Origin: Clostridia bacterium
GTDB lineage: Bacteria > Bacillota > Clostridia > Oscillospirales > CAG-382
NCBI GenBank assembly: GCA_017436675.1
Contig: JAFSCS010000042.1
Span: forward strand, 18,604-82,603
Reading direction: 5' to 3'
Length of the DNA: 64,000 bases
Both the position numbers and the translations under genes were made by a program. Positions 8,687 to 17,479 of the stretch are shown one piece after another. Under the pieces are notes generated by a model. It was not told the DNA's origin and did no database searches. It was given only the letters and a program-made list of their open reading frames with translations. Position 1 is the first letter of the stretch. Each line of letters starts with the position of its first letter.

Positions 8687-9042
8687 TAATATACCTCAGC
8701 TTTCTTTAAAACATAATACAGTTATATCTCACGCTACAAAAACAGAGCCATATATAACATATTATTATAGTATATATATTATAACATAGCAAGGTCGGTC
8801 TTTTCAATCGATCAATGCCACAAAAATAAAATATTATCCAAAAATTAATTATTTCTTTCGCATAAATCAAATTAAGCGACAGTAAAGAACGACTCGGCTT
8901 TAAATACGCCCGTGTTTTCGAACAGCACTTTTCAAACGGTAAGAAAAAAATATTAAAAAATTGAAAAATTGTCTTTACTTATTGATAAAAAGGTGTTATT
9001 ATAATAAGAAGTAAAGTTATATTAAATTCAGGAGGACATAAA

Positions 9043-12000
9043 ATGCCAAGAAAAAAGATTTCTATGGATGGTAATACAGCCGCGGCTCACGTATCGTATG
9101 CGTTTACCGAGGTTGCTTCGATCTATCCTATCACCCCGTCCAGCGTAATGGCTGAGCTCACAGACGCTTGGTCCGCAACGGGTCTTAAAAATATCTTCGG
9201 TGACAAAGTAACAGTAATGGAAATGCAATCCGAAGCAGGTGCCGCAGGTACAGTACACGGAAGCCTTGCTGCAGGTGCACTCACAACGACCTTTACAGCT
9301 TCGCAAGGTCTTCTTTTGATGATCCCGAATATGTATAAGATCGCAGGTGAGCTCCTTCCTTGCGTAATTCACGTTTCCGCAAGATGCGTTGCATCCCATG
9401 CTCTCAATATCTTCGGTGACCACTCCGACGTATATGCTTGCCGTCAAACAGGCTTTGCTATGATGGCAGGATCTAACCCTCAGGAAGTAATGGACCTCGG
9501 TGCAGTTGCTCACCTTTCCACAATTAAAGGCAGAGTACCGTTCATCAACTTCTTCGACGGCTTCAGAACATCCCACGAGATCCAAAAGATCGAGGTTTGG
9601 GACTATAAGGATCTCGACGAAATGGTTGACAAGGATGCTATCAAAGCTTTCCGTGCACGTGCTATCAACCCCGAGCATCCCACGATGAGAGGTAGCGCTG
9701 AAAACGGCGATATCTTCTTCCAACACCGTGAAGTATGTAACAAATACTATGACGAGCTTCCCGCGATCGTAGAGGAATATATGAACCGCGTAAACGAGAA
9801 GATCGGAACAGACTATAAGCTCTTCAACTACTATGGCGCACCCGATGCAGAGCGTGTTATCGTTGCAATGGGCTCCGTATGTGACGTTGCAGAAGAGGTT
9901 ATCGATTACCTCAACGCAATGGGCGAAAAGGTCGGTCTCGTAAAAGTACGTCTCTACCGTCCCTTCGTTGCAGACAAGCTCATCGAAGCTATCCCGAAGA
10001 CAGCGAAGAAGATCGCAGTTCTCGACAGAACGAAAGAGCCCGGTTCCCTCGGTGAGCCTCTCTTCTTGGACGTTGTTACAGCATTGGCGCAAGGCGGCGT
10101 AAACGCGAAGGTAGTCGGCGGCCGTTACGGTCTCGGCTCGAAGGATACACCTCCCTCCAGCATCTTTGCAGTATTCGCTAACCTCGCTCTCGACGAGCCG
10201 AAGAACCACTTCACAGTAGGTATCGTTGACGACGTAACGAACCTCTCTCTCCCCGAAACAGCATCTCCCGATACTTCCCCCAAAGGAACTATCAGCTGCA
10301 AATTCTGGGGACTCGGCGGTGACGGTACAGTTGGTGCTAACAAAAACTCCATCAAGATCATCGGTGACCACACGGATAAATATATCCAAGCATATTTCCA
10401 ATATGACTCGAAGAAAACAGGCGGCGTAACCATCTCGCACTTGCGCTTCGGTGACAGCCCCATCAAATCCACATACTACGTAACGAAAGCAGACTTCGTT
10501 GCATGTCATAACCCGTCCTATATGATCAAGGGCTACAAGATCGTAAACGACGTAAAACCCGGCGGAAAGTTCTTGCTCAACTGTCAATGGACACCCGAAG
10601 AGGTTGAACATCACCTTCCCGCAGAAGCGAAGAAATATATGGCTGAGAACGATATCCAATTCTATATCGTTAACGCTATCGATAAGGCTCGTGAGATCGG
10701 TATGGGCAAACGTACCAACACGATCCTCCAATCTGCATTCTTCGCACTCGCAAACATTATGCCCATCGAAGAAGCAGTAGAATATATGAAGCAAGCTGCT
10801 AAGAAGTCCTATATGAAGAAGGGCGAAGCAGTTGTTGAAATGAACTACAAGGCTATCGACGCAGGTGTAGATGCTATCGTTAAATTCGATATCCCCGAAA
10901 GCTGGAAGAGCCTCGAAGTTAAGGAAGCTGAGGTAGTAGTAGAAGGCGACCGTCCCGAGCTCGTTAAGTTCGTTAAGGACATCGTTGTTCCCGTATCCAA
11001 GATGAACGGTGACTCTCTCCCCGTATCAGCATTCCTCAATTCCGTAGACGGTACGTTCCCGCAAGGTGCGGCAGCATACGAGAAACGCGGCGTTGCAGTT
11101 GACGTTCCCACGTGGATCCCCGAAAACTGTATCCAATGTAACCAATGCTCGTACGTATGTCCTCACGCTACCATCCGTCCCTTCGCTCTTGATGCAGACG
11201 AAGTAGCAGGCGCACCCGCAGGCATGAAGATGAAGCAGATGACAGGTAAAGGCTGCGAAGGCTATAAATTCGCAATGACCATCAGTCCTCTCGACTGTAT
11301 GGGCTGCCAGCTCTGTGTAAACGTATGTCCGGCGAAGACAAAGGCTCTCCAAATGGTACCGCAAGAAAGCCAACTCGAAGAGCAAAAGTCCTTCGACTAT
11401 GCAGTTGCTAAGGTAACAAAGAAAGACGTACCCTTCGCTGAAACAACAGTAAAGGGAAGCCAATTCAACCAACCCCTCCTCGAGTTCTCGGGCTCCTGCG
11501 CAGGTTGTGCTGAAACGTCCTATGCAAGACTTATCACTCAGTTGTTCGGTGAGAGAATGTATATCTCCAATGCAACGGGATGTTCATCCATCTGGGGTGG
11601 CTCCGCACCGTCAACACCTTATACAGTAAACCGCGATACAAAGAAAGGACCGGGCTGGGCAAACAGCTTGTTCGAGGATAACGCAGAACACGGTCTCGGT
11701 ATGTACCTCGGTCAAAAGGCTATCAGAGATAGATTGATCGGCTACGTTAAAGAGCTTGGCGAAAAAGTTGAAGACGCTGATAAGAAAGCAATAATCGACG
11801 AATACCTCGCAACAGTAGACGACGGCAAGAAGAACGGCAAGGCTGCAGAGGCTCTCGTAGCAATGCTCGAGGCTTGTCCTTGCGAAAGCGAATTGAAGAC
11901 CAACATCCTCGAAGGAAAAGACTACCTCGCTAAGAAGTCCGTATGGATCTTCGGTGGTGACGGCTGGGCTTACGATATCGGATTTGGCGGTCTCGACCAC

Positions 12001-12582
12001 GTTATCGCAACAGGCGAGGACGTAAACATTATGGTATTCGATACCGAGGTTTACTCCAACACAGGCGGTCAAGCATCCAAGGCTTCTCAAATCGGTCAAG
12101 TTGCTCAATTCGCAGCAGCAGGTAAAGCGATCGGTAAGAAGGATCTCGCTCAGATCGCAATGTCCTACGGCTACGTATACGTTGCACAGATCGCAATGGG
12201 CGCAGATATGAACCAAACCATCAAAGCTCTTGCTGAAGCAGAAGCATATCCCGGACCTTCGCTCGTTATCGGTTACGCTCCTTGTGAGATGCACGGTGTT
12301 AAGGGCGGTATGTCCAACTGCCAATCCGAAATGAAGAAAGCAGTTGAGTCGGGATACTGGCAGATGTTCAGATATAATCCTCTCCTCAAGGCTGAGGGCA
12401 AGAACCCCTTCACCCTCGACTCCAAAGAGCCGACAGGAAGCTATATCGACTTCATCTCCAACGAAACGAGATACAACCGTCTCAAGCAAGCATTCCCCGA
12501 AAGAGCAGAAGAGCTCTTCAAGCGCGGTGAAGAACTTGCAAAAGCAAAATATCTCAAGTTGAAGAAACAATCTGAACTTTAA
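9043..12582 (+). CDS. nifJ: pyruvate:ferredoxin (flavodoxin) oxidoreductase
   Basis: 1179 aa. N-terminus is DGNTAAAHVSYAFTEVASIYPITPSS. Two 4Fe-4S motifs: CIQCNQCSYVCPH and CMGCQLCVNVCP. TPP-binding GGDGWAYDIG. RBS aggagg. Strong codon bias. Confidence 0.97.
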   Translation: MPRKKISMDGNTAAAHVSYAFTEVASIYPITPSSVMAELTDAWSATGLKNIFGDKVTVMEMQSEAGAAGTVHGSLAAGALTTTFTASQGLLLMIPNMYKIAGELLPCVIHVSARCVASHALNIFGDHSDVYACRQTGFAMMAGSNPQEVMDLGAVAHLSTIKGRVPFINFFDGFRTSHEIQKIEVWDYKDLDEMVDKDAIKAFRARAINPEHPTMRGSAENGDIFFQHREVCNKYYDELPAIVEEYMNRVNEKIGTDYKLFNYYGAPDAERVIVAMGSVCDVAEEVIDYLNAMGEKVGLVKVRLYRPFVADKLIEAIPKTAKKIAVLDRTKEPGSLGEPLFLDVVTALAQGGVNAKVVGGRYGLGSKDTPPSSIFAVFANLALDEPKNHFTVGIVDDVTNLSLPETASPDTSPKGTISCKFWGLGGDGTVGANKNSIKIIGDHTDKYIQAYFQYDSKKTGGVTISHLRFGDSPIKSTYYVTKADFVACHNPSYMIKGYKIVNDVKPGGKFLLNCQWTPEEVEHHLPAEAKKYMAENDIQFYIVNAIDKAREIGMGKRTNTILQSAFFALANIMPIEEAVEYMKQAAKKSYMKKGEAVVEMNYKAIDAGVDAIVKFDIPESWKSLEVKEAEVVVEGDRPELVKFVKDIVVPVSKMNGDSLPVSAFLNSVDGTFPQGAAAYEKRGVAVDVPTWIPENCIQCNQCSYVCPHATIRPFALDADEVAGAPAGMKMKQMTGKGCEGYKFAMTISPLDCMGCQLCVNVCPAKTKALQMVPQESQLEEQKSFDYAVAKVTKKDVPFAETTVKGSQFNQPLLEFSGSCAGCAETSYARLITQLFGERMYISNATGCSSIWGGSAPSTPYTVNRDTKKGPGWANSLFEDNAEHGLGMYLGQKAIRDRLIGYVKELGEKVEDADKKAIIDEYLATVDDGKKNGKAAEALVAMLEACPCESELKTNILEGKDYLAKKSVWIFGGDGWAYDIGFGGLDHVIATGEDVNIMVFDTEVYSNTGGQASKASQIGQVAQFAAAGKAIGKKDLAQIAMSYGYVYVAQIAMGADMNQTIKALAEAEAYPGPSLVIGYAPCEMHGVKGGMSNCQSEMKKAVESGYWQMFRYNPLLKAEGKNPFTLDSKEPTGSYIDFISNETRYNRLKQAFPERAEELFKRGEELAKAKYLKLKKQSEL

Positions 12583-12594
12583 TAATAACTTTAC

Positions 12595-12630
12595 TTTTCG
12601 GAATTGACCCCAACGGGTCAATTCCGAAAA
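12595..12630. terminator. long perfect hairpin downstream of nifJ
   Basis: The sequence is ttttcggaattgaccc-caac-gggtcaattccgaaaa (16-bp stem). There is no clean T-tract on the plus strand after the stem, so terminator function is inferred. Confidence 0.55.
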
Positions 12631-12652
12631 AATTAAAAAAGGAGCTCGAAAA

Positions 12653-13672
12653 ATGGCGAAAAGCTTTGAAAAAAATAAAGAATTGAATTATTTGGCGATA
12701 ATAAAAGCCGTAGTGTTTCTTGTCGCGGTAGCGCTCGCCTTTGTTTTGCTTCTCGTAATAGTACAACGAGCCTCCGAAACACCGACGGTCAGCATTCCCG
12801 AGCAAAGCGAAACGTCGATCGAAACGTCGACCGAGGATTCACTCCCCGATACCGACACCTCGCTTCCGCCCGTCGTTATCAACCCGACCGTCAACTACGT
12901 TCCGATCGAGCTTGATACGAATGCGATCCATAGCGGAACGACGATACTCGTGAACGGCTCGAACGAATTCGTGTTTCCGTCCGACGAGTTCGCACCCACG
13001 ATGGCAGACAGCAAAAACAGCGACTATTACGTTCGTGACAGATCGGTATGTCTGAGAACCGAAGTGACCGAAAAGCTCAACGAATTGATGAGCGAATACA
13101 GAGCGACAAAAAGCAAAAAGAATATAATGGTCTACAATGGATACCTCGATCGCGACGCCCAAAAATCATACTACGATCGCGCAGTTAATAACTACGGCAA
13201 GGATAAAGCGTCAATGATGCAAGCAAAGCCCGGATTTGCCGACGCGCACACCGGACTTTCGATAGATCTCAGAATGTATAACAACGGAGAGGTCAGCGAC
13301 TTCAAGGGTGAGGACGAAACGCTCTGGATCGTTGAGAACGCTCACAGATACGGATTTATCGTGCGTTACCCCGACGGCAAAGAAATGACAACAGGGCTCA
13401 ACGCCTCCGCATCAAAATATCGCTACGTAGGTCTTCCGCATTCCGTTTTGATCAAAAACAACGAGCTCACGCTTGAGGAATATATCGCGAAAGTAAAGGC
13501 ATATACCTACGAAACGAGCCATTGGTATTGCGAGTTCGAGGGCTCGACCTACGAGGTCTATTTCGCTCCCGCATCGAGAGAGGCGAAAACAGTCGTCTAC
13601 GTTCCCGGCGATAAGGAGTATACGATAAGCGGAAACAACGTCGACGGTTTTATCATTACGATAAAATATTAA
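12653..13672 (+). CDS. M15B (VanY/LdcB-like) D-Ala-D-Ala carboxypeptidase homolog, membrane-anchored, degenerate active site
   Basis: N-terminal TM segment AVVFLVAVALAFVLLLVIV. It has DAHTGLSIDL (H-x6-D zinc motif) and NAHRYGFIVRYPDGKEMTTG. The usual YEPWHxRYVG is replaced by SASKYRYVG. Confidence 0.8.
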   Translation: MAKSFEKNKELNYLAIIKAVVFLVAVALAFVLLLVIVQRASETPTVSIPEQSETSIETSTEDSLPDTDTSLPPVVINPTVNYVPIELDTNAIHSGTTILVNGSNEFVFPSDEFAPTMADSKNSDYYVRDRSVCLRTEVTEKLNELMSEYRATKSKKNIMVYNGYLDRDAQKSYYDRAVNNYGKDKASMMQAKPGFADAHTGLSIDLRMYNNGEVSDFKGEDETLWIVENAHRYGFIVRYPDGKEMTTGLNASASKYRYVGLPHSVLIKNNELTLEEYIAKVKAYTYETSHWYCEFEGSTYEVYFAPASREAKTVVYVPGDKEYTISGNNVDGFIITIKY

Positions 13673-13685
13673 TTTTGAAAATAAT

Positions 13686-13714
13686 AAGTCTTGGTTTTAT
13701 CCAAGACTTTTTTC
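13686..13714 (+). terminator. rho-independent terminator
   Basis: The sequence is aagtcttgg-ttttat-ccaagactt followed by ttttt. Confidence 0.78.
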
Positions 13715-13759
13715 TTATATGGTTGAAAAACAACAATAAATTTAGTATAATATAATAAC

Positions 13760-13891
13760 AACCGCAAAATTTAAAAACAACCACAAAAAAATAATTCCCG
13801 ATGAAGTAACGAATACCTCGTCGGGAAAAAGCAATATAAAATCTTTGAAAGGATTCTTAAGGGAGACTTTCTATAGAAAGTTTCCCTTAAG
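13760..13891 (-). repeat. mosaic intergenic repeat, family E, partial copy (modules A and B)
   Basis: Hairpin cccgatgaagtaacgaatacctcgtcggg, then aaaaagcaatataaaatctttgaaagg, then palindrome cttaagggagactttctatagaaagtttcccttaag. The same modules occur in reverse order at 20530-20640. Confidence 0.85.
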
Positions 13892-13907
13892 AAAAAAAGA
13901 ATATAAA

Positions 13908-14492
13908 ATGGAAAAAGAAAAAGGGTATCTGAGCGAGGTGTCGGCTATAACGCTGAAATATAGGCTTCGCCGTCCGCCGTCCGCTCCGCTTGTATTCTAT
14001 GGCTCGAGCAACTTCAAAAAATGGACAACACTCGAATCGGACTTTTCCGAATACAATGCGCTCAACCACGGATTTGGCGGCTCAAATGACCGCGACCTGC
14101 TGACGTACGCCGAGAAGCTCGTGCTTTCGCTCTCGCCGAAAACACTCGTGCTCAACACCTCGTCCAACGACGTATATGCAGGCTTTGGCGACGATGAGAT
14201 AATGGAAAACAGAAAAAAGCTTCTCGAAACGTTCGCTCCGATCGAAAACGTACTCGTCCTCTCCGTTATCCGCGGAGTCATCAGCGACGAGCTCGAAGCT
14301 CGTTTCGAAGGAATAGATGAAAAGGTAAAAGCACTTTGCGCCCGCTACGAAAACGTGACCTTTCTCGACGTGACGAGCCCGCTCGACCGCAACGCGCACT
14401 TCGAGGACAACCACCACCTCAACCCGCTCGGCAGAGAGGTGCTGAAATCGACAATATTGACAAAGCTAAAGGAGATATACGATGCTGTTTAA
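13908..14492 (+). CDS. SGNH/GDSL-family hydrolase
   Basis: Start moved to MEKEKGY, because the listed N-terminus lies in repeat E. SGNH blocks: VFYGSSNF, GFGGSNDRD, SSNDV and DNHHLN. The gene overlaps mtaD by 11 nt. Confidence 0.7.
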   Translation: MEKEKGYLSEVSAITLKYRLRRPPSAPLVFYGSSNFKKWTTLESDFSEYNALNHGFGGSNDRDLLTYAEKLVLSLSPKTLVLNTSSNDVYAGFGDDEIMENRKKLLETFAPIENVLVLSVIRGVISDELEARFEGIDEKVKALCARYENVTFLDVTSPLDRNAHFEDNHHLNPLGREVLKSTILTKLKEIYDAV

Positions 14493-15750
14493 AAATATAT
14501 CGATCATAGACGAAAACCTTGAACATAAAGAAAATATGTACGTTGCCACCGAAGGCGGCAAAATAACGTACGTTGGCTCAATAATGCCCGAAAGCTACGT
14601 CGGTGATGAATACGACGGCTCGGGAAAGCTGCTTATGAGCGGATTTTATAATATCCATTCCCACTCCCCAATGTCGCTGCTTCGCGGCTACGGCGAGAAT
14701 ATGACGCTGTCCGATTGGCTGAACAAACGTATCTTTCCGTTCGAAGCGAAAATGAACGCCACCGACAACTATAACGGCTCGCTCCTTTCGATCGCCGAAA
14801 TGATCCGAGGCGGAGTCGTATCCAACAGCGATATGTACTACCAAACCCCGTCGCTCATCCGAGCCGCAAGAGAATCGGGCTTCAAAACGAATCTTTCCGT
14901 TCCCGTGCTCTGCTTTGATGACAGCAGCCTTCGTGACCTTCCCGTGTTTTCCGAGATGACCTCAATGGACGAGGACGGCATACTTGTGAAATGCGAATAT
15001 TCCATCCATGCTGAATATACTTCAACACCAAAGGTCGTCCGTGAGCTCGCCGAACGAGCAATGCTCGACAAAAAAAGCATCCACGTCCACCTCTCCGAAA
15101 CGAAAAACGAGCACGAGGAGTGCATCGCGCGTCACGGAATGACTCCGACCGCATATTTCGAGAGCCTTGGTGTGTTCAACGTACCGACAACAGCCGCACA
15201 TTGTGTATGGGCGGACGAAAACGATATCGAGATAATGAGCAAAAACGGTGTCACCGTCGCGTGCAACCCGACGAGCAATATGAAGCTTGCGAGCGGGTTT
15301 GCGAACGTAAAGCTGATGCTTGAAAAGGGCGTCAACGTCGGACTCGGAACGGACGGAAGCGCAAGCAATAACACTCTCGATATGATCAACGAGCTGAAGA
15401 TGTTCGCGTTGATATATAAAGGAATATCGGGCGATCCGACCGTCGTCACACCGAAGCAATCCCTTGCGGCAGCAACTGTCAACGGAGCGAAAGCACAAAG
15501 AAGACAGGGCGGACTCGTCAAGGAAGGCTATGATGCCGATCTGATAGTGCTCGACACAACGAGAGAAAACTACACCCCCGTCCACGAGATGATAAACAAC
15601 GTCGTATATTCGTCCAACTCGCGCGACGTTGTACTAACGATGATAAACGGAAAGGTCGTCTATAAAAACGGCGAGTTTATGACGATAGACCTCGAAAAAG
15701 CAAAATACGAAGCGAAAAAAAGCGTCGAAAGGATATTGAATGAGCTATGA
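14482..15750 (+). CDS. mtaD: amidohydrolase, 5-methylthioadenosine/S-adenosylhomocysteine deaminase-like
   Basis: It carries YNIHSHSPMSLLRGYGENMTLSDWL, HVHLSET, GTDGSASNN and a final D in the amidohydrolase metal-site order. An ATGA overlap links it to the next gene. Confidence 0.85.
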   Translation: MLFKNISIIDENLEHKENMYVATEGGKITYVGSIMPESYVGDEYDGSGKLLMSGFYNIHSHSPMSLLRGYGENMTLSDWLNKRIFPFEAKMNATDNYNGSLLSIAEMIRGGVVSNSDMYYQTPSLIRAARESGFKTNLSVPVLCFDDSSLRDLPVFSEMTSMDEDGILVKCEYSIHAEYTSTPKVVRELAERAMLDKKSIHVHLSETKNEHEECIARHGMTPTAYFESLGVFNVPTTAAHCVWADENDIEIMSKNGVTVACNPTSNMKLASGFANVKLMLEKGVNVGLGTDGSASNNTLDMINELKMFALIYKGISGDPTVVTPKQSLAAATVNGAKAQRRQGGLVKEGYDADLIVLDTTRENYTPVHEMINNVVYSSNSRDVVLTMINGKVVYKNGEFMTIDLEKAKYEAKKSVERILNEL

Positions 15751-16760
15751 TGGACACACTTTGGCTGAATGAAGAAAACGACTCGCTGGTAATAATCGAC
15801 CAGACGAAGCTGCCGAACACACTCGAAACGCTTGAAATAACTACACCTAACGCGCTATATGATGCGATAAAAACACTCGCCGTACGTGGTGCACCCGCAA
15901 TCGGCGTCAGCGCGGCGATCGGTATGTACGCTATAGCAAAACGCTTCGAAACGACCGATATAACTGAATTCAAAGCCCGTTTCAGTGAAACGAGCGAATA
16001 TATCAACTCCTCACGTCCGACGGCGGTCAATCTCTCTTGGGCGCTTGAGCGGATGAAGAACGTGCTGAAGGGCTGCACCACCGTCGACGAAGCAAGATCG
16101 TCACTAAAGCGTGAATGCATCGCAATTCGTGACGAGGATATCGCCGTTTGCCGTAAGATCGGCGAAAACGGTGCATCGCTGATAACCAACGGCGGAGTAT
16201 ATATAACTCATTGTAACGCCGGCAGACTCGCCGCAGTACGTTACGGCACGGCACTCGCTCCGTTCTACGTCGCGCAAGAGCAGGGAAAACGGTTCACCGT
16301 CCACGCCGACGAAACGCGCCCGCTGCTGCAAGGCGCAAGGCTCACCGCCTACGAGCTGAGCTCCGCAGGCATCGACACCGTTGTCCAATGCGACAATATG
16401 GTCGCTTCATTGATGAGCGAAAAGAAAATTAACGGTATCTTCGTCGGCTGCGACCGCGTTGCTCGAAACGGCGATGCGGCTAACAAGATAGGAACACACG
16501 GGCTCGCGTTGATCGCAAAGCATTTCGGTGTCCCGTTCTACGTCTGTGCACCATATTCAACGATCGATCTCAACACAAAATGCGGGGCGGATATAGTTAT
16601 CGAGCACCGCGATGGCGACGAGATCGGCGAAAAATGGTATAATGCTAAAATGACTCCAAACGGCGTCAGCTACTATAACCCCGCGTTCGACGTCACCCCC
16701 CATGAGCTCATCACCGCGTTCGTCACCGAAAAAGGCGTCCTCACCCCTCGACAGCTCTGA
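15747..16760 (+). CDS. mtnA: S-methyl-5-thioribose-1-phosphate isomerase
   Basis: Motifs: LVIIDQTKLP, VRGAPAIGVSAAIGM, SRPTAVNL, ITHCNAG, VGCDRVARNGDAANKIGT, NPAFDVTP. Confidence 0.9.
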   Translation: MMDTLWLNEENDSLVIIDQTKLPNTLETLEITTPNALYDAIKTLAVRGAPAIGVSAAIGMYAIAKRFETTDITEFKARFSETSEYINSSRPTAVNLSWALERMKNVLKGCTTVDEARSSLKRECIAIRDEDIAVCRKIGENGASLITNGGVYITHCNAGRLAAVRYGTALAPFYVAQEQGKRFTVHADETRPLLQGARLTAYELSSAGIDTVVQCDNMVASLMSEKKINGIFVGCDRVARNGDAANKIGTHGLALIAKHFGVPFYVCAPYSTIDLNTKCGADIVIEHRDGDEIGEKWYNAKMTPNGVSYYNPAFDVTPHELITAFVTEKGVLTPRQL

Positions 16761-17088
16761 TACCCCCGACGGCTCTGTTATGCCTTCGACAGCTCTGATA
16801 TGTCTCCGACGGCTTAAGACAAACTTTCTATAGAAAGTTTTTCTTAAGAATCTTTTCAAAGATTTTTTAATTATTTTTTTGATGAGGGACTCCCGATAAT
16901 TATTCGGGAGCTCTTTTTTTGTGCGTTTTTGGAGTCCCGCATCAAAAAAATGGTTAGAAAAGTCGCCGAGAGGATTTTTAGGAAAGGCTTCTATAAGAAG
17001 GTTTATCCTAAACCGCAGGAGGTATAACAAAGCTGTAGGAGGCATAACAAAACCGCAGGGAGTATAAAAAATCGTAATGATGTGTTAT
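16745..17088 (+). repeat. mosaic intergenic repeat, family E, full copy with terminal inverted arrays of a ~20-bp unit
   Basis: Four ~20-bp units (c.cgacRgctctgWtat...) at 16745-16812, the first overlapping the mtnA stop. Then palindrome cttaagacaaactttctatagaaagtttttcttaag, hairpin modules, and the module agtcgccgagagg. Finally four inverted units (ccgcaggaggtataac...). Confidence 0.85.
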
Positions 17089-17380
17089 CTCCAACGATCT
17101 TATTATATCTCTGACGATTTAATATATTTCCGACAGTGTAAGAGAACTCTTGAAAGCTTCCTTAGAGTCTCCCAGAGTCTCTTAACTACTTTTTTCCCGA
17201 TGGGTACGTCTGCACAAAATAAAAAATTCCCGAAAGGTAACGTGTACCCATCGGGAAAAAAGCAATTAAAAAGTTTTGAGGGATTCCTAAGGGAACTTTT
17301 TCAAAAGTTCCCTTAGGCCGTCGGAGACATATCAGAGCCGTCGGAGACATACTAAACCCCGTCAAAGACATAATAAAACG
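17089..17380 (-). repeat. mosaic intergenic repeat, family E, inverted full copy abutting the previous one
   Basis: Units ctccaacgatcttattatat / ctctgacgatttaatatat, then hairpins cccgatgggtac...gtacccatcggg and cctaagggaactttttcaaaagttcccttagg, then gccgtcggagacatatcagag x3. The last arrays are the reverse complement of 16745-16812. Confidence 0.85.
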
Positions 17381-17479
17381 TTGGAAATATTTAAATTAGA
17401 TATTGAAAACCGCGGTGCTTTATGATAGAATGATATGAGGTCCGAAAGGGCTTTAATAATAAAAGAAATGGAGATAGAT

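Noticed and set aside
9028-10794. 588-aa ORF on the minus strand, with further long antisense ORFs at 11026-11472 and 11611-12621.
   Set aside because: It is fully antisense to nifJ, whose product matches PFOR motifs end to end. The antisense translation is Cys/Val-rich low-complexity sequence with no RBS. Open antisense frames are a known by-product of strong codon bias.
13760-17088. Composite transposon or genomic island carrying SGNH-mtaD-mtnA, flanked by inverted E repeats.
   Set aside because: There is no transposase, integrase or recombinase, and no direct target duplications that I could see. The cargo genes have core-like GC content and codon usage. The repeats are more likely non-autonomous elements that accumulate in intergenic gaps.
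17320-17479. Expected SAM riboswitch or Met T-box upstream of metA.
   Set aside because: I found none of the conserved SAM-I cores and no T-box specifier or T-box sequence. The region is mostly the tail of repeat E followed by a short AT-rich promoter region.
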